In this document: piece by piece, positions 1-7,601 of the stretch
Layout of the letters: every line of letters begins with the position of its first letter
How positions within the stretch are numbered: position 1 is the stretch's first letter
Assembly (NCBI GenBank): GCA_963713255.1
Contig: CAVQLC010000002.1
Location: 99,746 to 163,745 of the forward strand
Direction: 5' to 3'
Source of the DNA: an uncultured Actinomycetota bacterium
GTDB taxonomy: Bacteria; Actinomycetota; Actinomycetes; Propionibacteriales; Nocardioidaceae
Length of the DNA stretch: 64,000 bases
Program-made: the position numbers and the translations under genes
Notes under the pieces: generated by a model
Database searches by the model: none
What the model was told of the DNA's origin: nothing
What the model saw: only the letters and a program-made list of their open reading frames with translations

Positions 1-207
1 GAGACCGAGGATCGGCCCGCTGTCGAGCATGTAGACCCGGGAGGCGCCGGCCCGGGCGGCGAGGAAGCCCAGCAGGCCGGTCCCCGCGCCGAGGTCGACG
101 ACGACGTCGCCCGGTCGGACGCTCGCCGTCAGGGCTCGCTCGTAAGCCTCGATCTTGGAGCGATCACGAAAGTAGCCCGCGTGCTCGAGGAGCTCGGATC
201 GTGACAC
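1..207 (-). CDS. class I SAM-dependent methyltransferase, N-terminal 69 codons (rest lies beyond window start)
   Basis: Own translation from GTG 207-205: VSRSELLEHAGYFRDRSKIEAYERALTASVRPGDVVVDLGAGTGLLGFLAARAGASRVYMLDSGPILGL. Contains SAM motif I VVDLGAGTG. AAGGG lies 3 nt upstream. Absent from the ORF track because it runs off the window. Confidence 0.6.
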   Translation of the reverse strand, partial: MSRSELLEHAGYFRDRSKIEAYERALTASVRPGDVVVDLGAGTGLLGFLAARAGASRVYMLDSGPILGL

Positions 208-212
208 GACCC

Positions 213-361
213 TTAGTGAGAGTAGCTGGTCACATGGCCATCTGCATGTGGCGCCGCCGCCGTCGGCGACGGAGCCGCCGGGGCCCTGCACCAGGGTGGT
301 CAGGGCGCCGTAGTGGCGAAGCTCGGGCTGTGGTGTACACGAGACGAGCGTCGTTCGTCAT
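213..361 (-). CDS. small ORF directly after the cyclase-like gene; candidate lasso-type RiPP precursor, frame broken as assembled
   Basis: ATG 361-359 overlaps the upstream TGA (ATGA) and has GGAGGA 6 nt upstream. The as-read product (361..230) is MTNDARLVYTTARASPLRRPDHPGAGPRRLRRRRRRRHMQMAM. The adjacent frame reads PELRHYGALTTLVQGPGGSVADGGG. The end is unresolved (TGA 232-230 or TAA 215-213). Confidence 0.3.
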
Positions 362-2340
362 TGGTTTCCTCCGCAGATGGCTGTTGGCCCCACGGGCCCC
401 CACGCCACAAACGTAACACGATCCAGGCCCTGCGTTTCCGCCCAACCCGATTCTGTCCGCGTCAGCGACGCCATCAGGGCGGCCCCGGCGCTCAGGGCTG
501 CCCAGAGGTCGGAAGCCCGCCGGGCCGTCCGGACCGGCGGGCGAACTCGCGCCCCGTCCGGCGTCGTAGGTCGCCAGCAGCGGCCCCGCGTCCACCCGAG
601 CGCCCAGGGCGCCGAGCGCCGGGACGGCACGGTCGCGGTCGACCGCCGCGCAGCAGCTTGCGCATGTACGGGCCGGGAGAGGTCGGCCTTGTCCGTACCG
701 GGCCACGACGGACGAGGGCAGCCGTGCTCCGAAGGCCGCGCGGTGCAGTCCCCGGTGCTCGCCGTCCCAGCGGACCTGTGTCTCCGGCAGACGCAGGACC
801 AGCTCGACCAGCGTCGGTCCAGGAACGGATAGCGCACCTCGACGCCGCGGTCGGCGGCCACAGGTCGTTCATCTGGTAGCGCCGCGGGCCCCCAGACGGC
901 GTCCACGTAGTAGCGAGCCCGGCTGGCCGTCGCGCGGTCCACACCGACGCGGTGCGCCCCGTGGACCGGGGGCAGGGGCGCGGAGACGTTCAGCCAGGGG
1001 TGGGCACGGTCCAGACGCCGCTGACGGGTGCCGAACCAGAGCGGTGTGGGCGTGGCCGCTGCCGTGCACCGGCGCGCTCGGCCGCGGTGACCGCCGCCTC
1101 GCGCGCCAGGCTCGTGGCGATCCACCGAGCCGGCCGTCCAGCGGCGCCAGGCCGCTGCTCCCGGCCGTGGTCAGGGCCTGTCGCAGCCGGCCGCAGGCCG
1201 CGAGGTCGACGACAGCGACGTCCTCGCCGTACAAGGCCTCGTCCCCGCCCACGCCGGTGAGCGACACCGAGCACCCGTGGCCGCGGCCCAGGCGTAGATG
1301 GCGTCCGTGTCGGCGGCGTCGGTGGCGTACAGCGGCTCGCCGTGCCGCCGGGCGAAGTCCACGGGTCGACGACGTCGAGGTCGTCGGCCTCGAGGAGCGT
1401 CGAGGGGGATCCCGAGGTGATCCGCGACGGCTTGCTGGTGGCTGATCTCGTCGGCCTCGGGGTCGCTGTCGGAACGCCAGGCCGACCGCACGGACGTCGC
1501 CGCCCAGAGCTGACGGCGGTGGCGGTCACGGTCGAGGAGTCGAAGCCGCCGCTGACGTCGCAGCTGACCCCGTCCGCGGGTCCGCAGGCGGCCGCGAACC
1601 GCTTCGTCGAAGGCCTCGCGCACCTGCTCAGCACGTCTCGCTCGACGCGCCTGGTCCACGGACGTCGAGCGACGGGCCGCCACCAGCGGCGCATCGTCGC
1701 TCCGCTCTTCGCCCAGCACCAGGGCGTGACCCGCGGGGAGCCGGTCGCACACCCGCTCCAGAGCGAGCGGTCGGCGGCGGCATGCCGGCGAGGTAGCCGG
1801 CGAGGTACTCCTCGTCCAGCGGCCGGCCGCCGGGGCAGGCCGGCCAGGACGGCGGCGACCGAGGACGCCACCACCACGCCGTCTGGCCGCCGACGCTGTA
1901 GCAGAGCGGCCGGACCCCGACGTGCGTCCCGAGCGGCGAACAGGGTCTGCCGGGCGCCGTCCCAGAGAGCGAACCGAAGTCGCCGACGAGGTGGTCGGGG
2001 CAGTCCGGGCCCCACCGCTCGTACGCCGCCAGGATCAGGTCGGCGTCGGTGTCCAGGGGTTGACGGGACGCGCCGCGCAGCAGCCCGCGCAGCTCGGCGC
2101 CGTTGTCGATCCGGGCGTCGGCGGTCAGCCAGAGGTCTCGCGTCGGGGTGGCGTTGCGGCAGCCGTTCGCGCTCCGCCTCGCGGGTGGTCCACCGCGCGG
2201 CGTGCAGCAGGGTGCACGGGCCCACGGTGGTCGGCTCCGAGCGGTCCCCGCCGCGCCGGGCGATCGTCTCGGCCACCGCGGCCGTCTGGGCTGCCACCTG
2301 CCGCGCGTCGGCGTGCGAGAAGGACGGCGAAGCCGCTCAC
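358..2340 (-). pseudogene. asparagine synthetase B-family enzyme, lasso-cyclase-like; at least 6 frameshifts as assembled
   Basis: Track ORFs 2125..2340, 990..2297, 1171..1752, 869..1267, 358..1125, 492..944 and 230..706 together read as one AsnB-like protein. Recognisable pieces: MSGFAVLL (Ser, not Cys, at position 2), FALWDGARQTLFAARDA, CDVSGGFDSSTV (SGGxDS PP-loop), SLTGVGGDEALYGE, GVEVRYPFLDRRLVELVLRLP. Confidence 0.7.
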
Positions 2341-2343
2341 CCC

Positions 2344-2640
2344 TCAGCCGGCGACGACGAGGAGGTCGCGCTGGAGCAGCTCACCGACGAGCGCCTGGAG
2401 GTCCGCGGCGAGCACGTCCCGCTCGACGGCGTACTCCGCGTGGATCGAGTCGACGACGGAGTCCAGGGTGCGCGGCTCCTCCAACAGCTCGAAGACGCGC
2501 GCTCCGACGCCGTCCAGCCCGTAGAACTGCTCGCTGTCCAGGTCGAGGATCACCGTCTCGGCGCCGGCGCTGCGACGGAGCACGCCGTCGGCCGCACGCA
2601 ACACCGTTGCGCCCGGGACGTGCGGCAGGGACTGTGACAT
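2344..2640 (-). CDS. PqqD-family protein (RiPP recognition element, lasso B1-like)
   Basis: Track ORF 2344..2676 with the start moved to ATG 2640 (GGAGAG upstream). Reads MSQSLPHVPGATVLRAADGVLRRSAGAETVILDLDSEQFYGLDGVGARVFELLEEPRTLDSVVDSIHAEYAVERDVLAADLQALVGELLQRDLLVV. Its stop lies 3 nt before the cyclase-like start. Confidence 0.75.
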   Translation of the reverse strand: MSQSLPHVPGATVLRAADGVLRRSAGAETVILDLDSEQFYGLDGVGARVFELLEEPRTLDSVVDSIHAEYAVERDVLAADLQALVGELLQRDLLVVAG

Positions 2641-2733
2641 GGGCTCTCCGGCGGTGTGGAAGATTAGGCACCACACGGCGTGTGGGTCTCCTCATGCTAG
2701 GCGTTGTCCCCCGCGCGATCGAACCGTTGGTAG

Positions 2734-3717
2734 GTGAGCGAAGCTGATCCATCCTGACGTCGAGCGAGCCGCCCTGGCCCTCGGACTGGACGCCGCCACC
2801 GCCGAGGTCGTCTCCCCCTCGAGTCCCGGGGCGTGTCGACGGTCCTGCTCAAGGGGCCGGCGGTCGCGCTGTACCTCTACCCCGAGAACCCGTCCCTGCG
2901 CACCTACCGCGACATCGACCTGCTGGTGGACCCGCAGGTCTTCGACGCGGCCGAGGCACTGCTGGCCGGGCTCGGGTACTCGCTGCTCGACCGAGGACCT
3001 GAGCCACCGTGAGAAGTCCTGGCTGATGGAGACACCGTGGGAGCGACCGGGGTCACCGCCGACCATGGTCGACCTGCACCGGGCGTTCCACGGCGTGGAC
3101 GACTGGGAGGCGTGGTGGACCCAGATGGACCGCCACACCCAGACCTGCCGGGTGGGTGGGTCGTCGGTGCGGATCCCGGACGCCGCGGGCTGCGCGTTGA
3201 TCGTGGCGCCTGCACGAGACGGCGGTGGGCCGCAACGCGCAGTCCGCGGAGGACCTGGACCGAGCGCTGGCGACGTTCGACGAGGCCGTGTGGGCCGAGG
3301 CGGCGCGACGTGCCGACGACGTGGGACGCGCTCGGGATGGTTCACGCTCGGCCTGTCGCGGCACCCGCTGGGCCGGCTGCTGGCCGAGCGGCTCGACCTG
3401 CCGCGCCGGCTCCCGCTCGAGGTCGCCGCCCGCTCCAGTGACGGTGAGGGCACCGATCCCGCCGAGGTCCGCGCCTGGATCCTCCTGCACCGCCTGGGGC
3501 GGACCCGCTCCTGGCGCGAGCGCGGGCTCACGTTGTGGAGCCTCGCGTTCTCCGCCGGGTCGCTGCGCACGTCGAGACCCCTGGCCAGGCAAGGCTGGTG
3601 GGGGCTGACCTGGTGCGGCTGCAGCGGCCGTTCGAGCTGGCGGCCCGCGCTCCCGGCGTGGCGTACCGGCTGTGGGTCGGGAACCGCAGGGCGCGCTGGT
3701 CCCAGCGGCGCTCCTGA
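2734..3717 (+). pseudogene. NTP_transf_5-type nucleotidyltransferase family protein; at least 4 frameshifts as assembled
   Basis: Own three-frame reading gives ESRGVSTVLLKGPAVALYLYPENPSLRTYRDIDLLVDPQVFDAAEALLAGLGYSLL, then MVDLHRAFHGVDDWEAWW, then a tail LVRLQRPFELAARAPGVAYRLWV (track 3535..3717). It parallels the intact paralog at 30248..31159 (LLHLKGPALLAGL...SSDVDVLVQPDQF). Confidence 0.55.
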
Positions 3718-3720
3718 CCC

Positions 3721-4734
3721 TCAGTCCGGCTCGACCCGTTTCATGCCGACCAGACCGGGCCGGTACGACGGGTCCTCGAGCTCCGCGACGGTCGGATGGC
3801 CGAACATCGGCAACCCCTGGGTGCGCCGGATCAGGCCCCAGACCAGCGGGACCAGCACGACCATCACCAGGCCGACGACGCCGATCAGCACCGGGTGCGT
3901 GTCGTCCTCGCCGGCGCCGAGCGGTCCCCAGCCGGCCTTGTCCAGCAGCGCGACCCCGGACATGGTCAGCACCACGACGATGCCGCGCCGGATGATCGAC
4001 TGCGGCACCCGCGGGGCGATCAGGCTGCCGAGGATGGTGCCCGGGACCGAGCCGATGATGAGCGGGATCGTGACCGACCAGTCGAGGCCGTGGAGGGCGA
4101 TGTTGGAGATGGCCGCGGCCAGCACCAGCGGCACCGCCTGCACCAGGTCCGTGCCGACCAGCTTCACCGCGGTCAGGCCCGGGTAGAGCATCAGCAGGGC
4201 GATCATGATCACCGAGCCGGAGCCCACGCTGGTGATGCCCACGAGCAGGCCGCCCAGGGCCCCGACCAGCAGGGTCGGGATCGGCCGGATCTTGGGGTTC
4301 TCGTCGCCCGGAGGTGCGCCGGACCGGACCCGGCGCAGGTTGATGTAGAGCCGCGCGGCGTACGTCGCGGCGGCGAGGAGCAGCGCGAAGCCGATGCACA
4401 GCTTGAGCACCCGGTCGAGGTCTCCGGGAGGAGCGATCGCGTTGATCAGGTGCGGGCCCAGCAGTGCCATCGGCACCGAGCCGATGATCAGCCACTTGGC
4501 CAGCGTCATGTTGGGCGAGCCCTCGCGCTTGTGCACGACCGCGCCGCCGGTCTTGTAGACGGCGGCCGCCGTGAGGTCCGCGGTGACGACGGTCGCGGCG
4601 TCGCCGACGCCGAGGAAGATCAGGGCCGGCGTCATCAGCGCGCCGCCGCCCATGCCGGTCAGGCCGACGACGGTGCCGACGAAGAAGCCGGCCGCCAGGA
4701 TGGCGAAGAACGTCGTGGTGATCTGGTCAGCCAT
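3721..4734 (-). CDS. TauE/SafE-family anion (sulfite/sulfate-type) permease
   Basis: Intact 337-aa ORF, polytopic and Gly-rich. Repeated halves GLTGMGGGALMTPALIF and GITSVGSGSVIMIALLML are typical of TauE/SafE. Confidence 0.85.
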   Translation of the reverse strand: MADQITTTFFAILAAGFFVGTVVGLTGMGGGALMTPALIFLGVGDAATVVTADLTAAAVYKTGGAVVHKREGSPNMTLAKWLIIGSVPMALLGPHLINAIAPPGDLDRVLKLCIGFALLLAAATYAARLYINLRRVRSGAPPGDENPKIRPIPTLLVGALGGLLVGITSVGSGSVIMIALLMLYPGLTAVKLVGTDLVQAVPLVLAAAISNIALHGLDWSVTIPLIIGSVPGTILGSLIAPRVPQSIIRRGIVVVLTMSGVALLDKAGWGPLGAGEDDTHPVLIGVVGLVMVVLVPLVWGLIRRTQGLPMFGHPTVAELEDPSYRPGLVGMKRVEPD

Positions 4735-4777
4735 GGGTGCCTTCGGGGGTGCGGGGTGGGGGCATAGCCGCGGAAGT

Positions 4778-6565
4778 CTACTGACTCGCCTGAGTTGGTC
4801 GCAGCGCTGGGACGACGATACCGAGCAGGTCGTCGATCCGGGCCTTGCACGTCGCGGCGACCTCGGGACCGCGGCGGTACGGGTCGTCCACGTCGTGGCG
4901 GGGGTCCGCCTGGGACCGGTGCCGGCCGATCTCGGCGACCAGCGCGCGACCGCGGGGGGCGTCGGCGCCCAGCGTGGCCACCGCGTCCGCGAACTGACCG
5001 AGCGTGAACACCTTGCGGAACGCCCCCGGGGTCTCCTCGAGCAGGTAGGTGCGGTGCGCGGCCTCGGCGGTGAGCACCAGGTCGGCCGCCTCGACCAGGT
5101 CGACGGTGGCGCGCCGGCTGCGGAACCTGCGGGCGTCGGTCTCGAAGCCGCCGATCATCTCCTCGCTCATCGGACGGTCGGCGAACCCGTGGGTGCCCGC
5201 GCTGGACACCTCGATCCCGGAGGCCGGACCGAGCAGGCGCCGGGTCGCCAGCTCCATGTACGGCGAGCGGCAGATGTTCGCGGTGCAGACGAAGAGGACC
5301 TTGAGGGGCGGGTTGTCGGCGTGCCCGGGTCTCGAGGCTCGCTCCGCTCGCACCTCGACCACCGGGGTGGCCGCGTCCGTCAGGTCGAGGTAGCCGGCGT
5401 CGCGGAGTGCGACGAGGACGTCGTCGAGGGCGTCCTCGATGGACCGGCCGGTGGTGTCGACGCGCACGGCCGCGTCCTCCGGCACCTCGTAGGGCGAGGA
5501 GATGCCGGTGAACTCCGGGATCTCGCCGCGCCGGGCCTTCGCGTAGAGACCCTTGCGGTCGCGTCGCTCGCACTCCTCCAGCGGGGTGGCCACGTGCACG
5601 AGGAAGAACGCACCGCCGGCCTCCTCGACCATCGCCCGCACCTGTCGCCGGGTCTCGTCGAACGGCGCGATCGGGCTGCACACGGCGACGCCGCCGTGCC
5701 GGGCGATCTCGGCGGCGACCCAGCCGATCCGGCGGATGTTCGTCTCCCGGTCCTCCTTGGAGAACGTCAGCCCCGCCGAGAGGTGCCGGCGGACGACGTC
5801 ACCGTCCAGGCTGGTCACGCTCCGGCCGCCGCGCTCCAGCAGGCGGTCCATCAGCGCCCGCGCGAGCGTGGACTTGCCGCTGCCGGAGAGCCCGGTGAAG
5901 AACAGCACCAGGCCCTGCTCCTCGGGAGCCGGCCGGTCCGCCGTCACGATCGCGGCCAGCTCGTCGGGCAGCTCGCCCCCGTCCACCAGCCCGTGCACGG
6001 GGTCGCCGTCGGCGTAGACGCCGACCACCTGGGCCCCGAGGGCGTGGTCCACGTCCGCGTCGCCGTGGCTCGCGAGCGGGACCACGACGACGTCGGCGGC
6101 CGGGAGCGTGGCCGCGGCGACCAGGGTCGCCCGCACCAGGGCGGTGGGGGAGAGCTCAGGGGTGCCGGTGCCGGCGAGCGCCAGCAGCACCAGCGGCCCA
6201 CGGCCGCGCAGGTCGTCGAGCTGGGTGTCGGTGAGCGCGTCGACGACGGGCACGAAGGTGCGCCCGGCGTACCGCGCGCGGACCTCGGCAGGCGGGAGGT
6301 AGAGGCGGCGGAACGGGCCGTACTGCGCGTGGGTGAGAGGCTCGACGGCCGAGCCCGCGGTGACCCGCGCGAGCGGCAGGCCCTCGGGGTCGACCAGCTC
6401 GACGGACTCGGCCCCGTGCAGCTCCTCGGGCAGGTCGAGCGTGAGCGGGCTGCCGGGCTCGTTGAAGCCGGTGACCGGTGCGGCCGCCCCGGTGACGATC
6501 AGCTCGAGGTCGTCGAGCTCGGTCGGGCTCGGGTGGTGCTGGGGAGGCGTCGGCACGCGGATCAT
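4778..6565 (-). CDS. cysC: fusion protein: sulfurylase-like N-terminal region + adenylylsulfate (APS) kinase + C-terminal low-molecular-weight phosphotyrosine phosphatase
   Basis: Intact ORF 4778..6625; start placed at the internal ATG 6565 (MIRVPTPP), with 6625 as an alternative. APS kinase: FFTGLSGSGKSTLARAL, PEFTGISSPYEVP. LMW-PTP: VLFVCTANICRSPYME (CX5R) and DDPY. Confidence 0.8.
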   Translation of the reverse strand: MIRVPTPPQHHPSPTELDDLELIVTGAAAPVTGFNEPGSPLTLDLPEELHGAESVELVDPEGLPLARVTAGSAVEPLTHAQYGPFRRLYLPPAEVRARYAGRTFVPVVDALTDTQLDDLRGRGPLVLLALAGTGTPELSPTALVRATLVAAATLPAADVVVVPLASHGDADVDHALGAQVVGVYADGDPVHGLVDGGELPDELAAIVTADRPAPEEQGLVLFFTGLSGSGKSTLARALMDRLLERGGRSVTSLDGDVVRRHLSAGLTFSKEDRETNIRRIGWVAAEIARHGGVAVCSPIAPFDETRRQVRAMVEEAGGAFFLVHVATPLEECERRDRKGLYAKARRGEIPEFTGISSPYEVPEDAAVRVDTTGRSIEDALDDVLVALRDAGYLDLTDAATPVVEVRAERASRPGHADNPPLKVLFVCTANICRSPYMELATRRLLGPASGIEVSSAGTHGFADRPMSEEMIGGFETDARRFRSRRATVDLVEAADLVLTAEAAHRTYLLEETPGAFRKVFTLGQFADAVATLGADAPRGRALVAEIGRHRSQADPRHDVDDPYRRGPEVAATCKARIDDLLGIVVPALRPTQASQ

Positions 6566-6623
6566 CCTGCCACCCGGCCGGGTCCCGCCGAGCCGCCCAC
6601 CGGGGCCGACTAGCCTGCCCGGC

Positions 6624-7601
6624 ATGTCTGCTCCAGTGCCGGTGGCCGAGATCGTCCGCTCGGGTTTCGTCGAGGGCCACCACTACGGCTCGGTCGTCGC
6701 CCTGGACCTCGACGGAGCGGTCGCCTGGTCGGTGGGCGTCGTCGACGAGCCGATGCTGCCCCGCTCCTGCAACAAGCCGGTCCAGGCGCTCGGCATGGTC
6801 CGCGCCGGGCTCGACCTGCCGCCCGACCTGCTCGCCCTGGCCTGCGCCTCGCACAGCGGGGAGCCCATCCACATCGAGGGGACGCGGCGCATCCTGGCCC
6901 TGGCGGGCCTCGACGAGGACGCCTTGCAGACCCCGGCGGACTACCCCTTGGACGAGCACGCCCGGGAGCTGGTCATCCGCGCCGGCGGCGGACGCGCGCC
7001 GATCCTGATGAACTGCTCGGGCAAGCACGCCGCGATGCTCGTCACCTGCGTGGTGAACGGGTGGGACACCACGACCTACCTCGACCCCGGGCACCCGTTG
7101 CAGCGGGCGCTGCGCGACACGTTCGGGGAGCTCACCGGCGAGCCGGTGGCCGTGGTCGCCGTGGACGGCTGCGGTGCGCCGCTCTTCTCCGCCTCGTTGG
7201 TCGGCCTGGCCACCGCGTTCCGCCGGATCGCCCTGGGCGTGGACGGCCGGGACGAACCCGACCCCGACGCCCGGCGCGTGGCCGAGGCCATCCGGGCCCA
7301 CCCGGAGTACGCCTCCGGCACGGCCCGCGACGAGGCCGCGCTGCTGCGGGCCATCCCCGGCGCGGTCGGGAAGGCCGGGGCGGAGTCCTGCTACGCCGTG
7401 GCGCTGGCGGACGGCCGCGCGTTCGCGCTCAAGACCGACGACGGCGCCCCCCGGGTGCGGCCGGTGCTGATGGCGGCCGCGCTGGCGCGCAGCGGCGTCG
7501 ACCTCGAGCCGGGGGTGGACACCGAGGCGGTCCACCGCACCGGCGTGCTCGACCTGCTCGGGGGCGGGGTGCGCGTGGGGGAGATCCGCGCCACGTTGTG
7601 A
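6624..7601 (+). CDS. L-asparaginase II-family protein
   Basis: Internal ATG (M98) of track ORF 6333..7601. Reads MSAPVPVAEIVRSGFVEGHHYGSVVALD...PRSCNKPVQALGMV...ACASHSGEPIH...MNCSGKHAAML...VDGCGAP. Confidence 0.8.
   Translation: MSAPVPVAEIVRSGFVEGHHYGSVVALDLDGAVAWSVGVVDEPMLPRSCNKPVQALGMVRAGLDLPPDLLALACASHSGEPIHIEGTRRILALAGLDEDALQTPADYPLDEHARELVIRAGGGRAPILMNCSGKHAAMLVTCVVNGWDTTTYLDPGHPLQRALRDTFGELTGEPVAVVAVDGCGAPLFSASLVGLATAFRRIALGVDGRDEPDPDARRVAEAIRAHPEYASGTARDEAALLRAIPGAVGKAGAESCYAVALADGRAFALKTDDGAPRVRPVLMAAALARSGVDLEPGVDTEAVHRTGVLDLLGGGVRVGEIRATL

Noticed and set aside
2641-2733. Searched the gap upstream of the PqqD gene for a precursor peptide (the usual position in lasso clusters)
   Set aside because: The only candidate is an Arg-rich out-of-frame ORF (MRRPTRRVVPNLPHRRR...) running into the PqqD gene. 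It has no leader-like motif. The gap more likely holds the divergent promoters (TAATCT -10-like element, CCACAC-GCC-GTGTGG hairpin).
4571-6613. 680-aa plus-strand ORF
   Set aside because: It is antisense to the APS-kinase/LMW-PTP fusion. It has no motifs and a biased composition.
6565-6625. Start of the cysC fusion at the first Met (6625), immediately back-to-back with the asparaginase ATG (6624)
   Set aside because: That would leave no promoter space between divergent genes, and the first 20 residues (MPGRLVGPGGRLGGTRPGGR) look non-native. The internal ATG 6565 is preferred but not proven.
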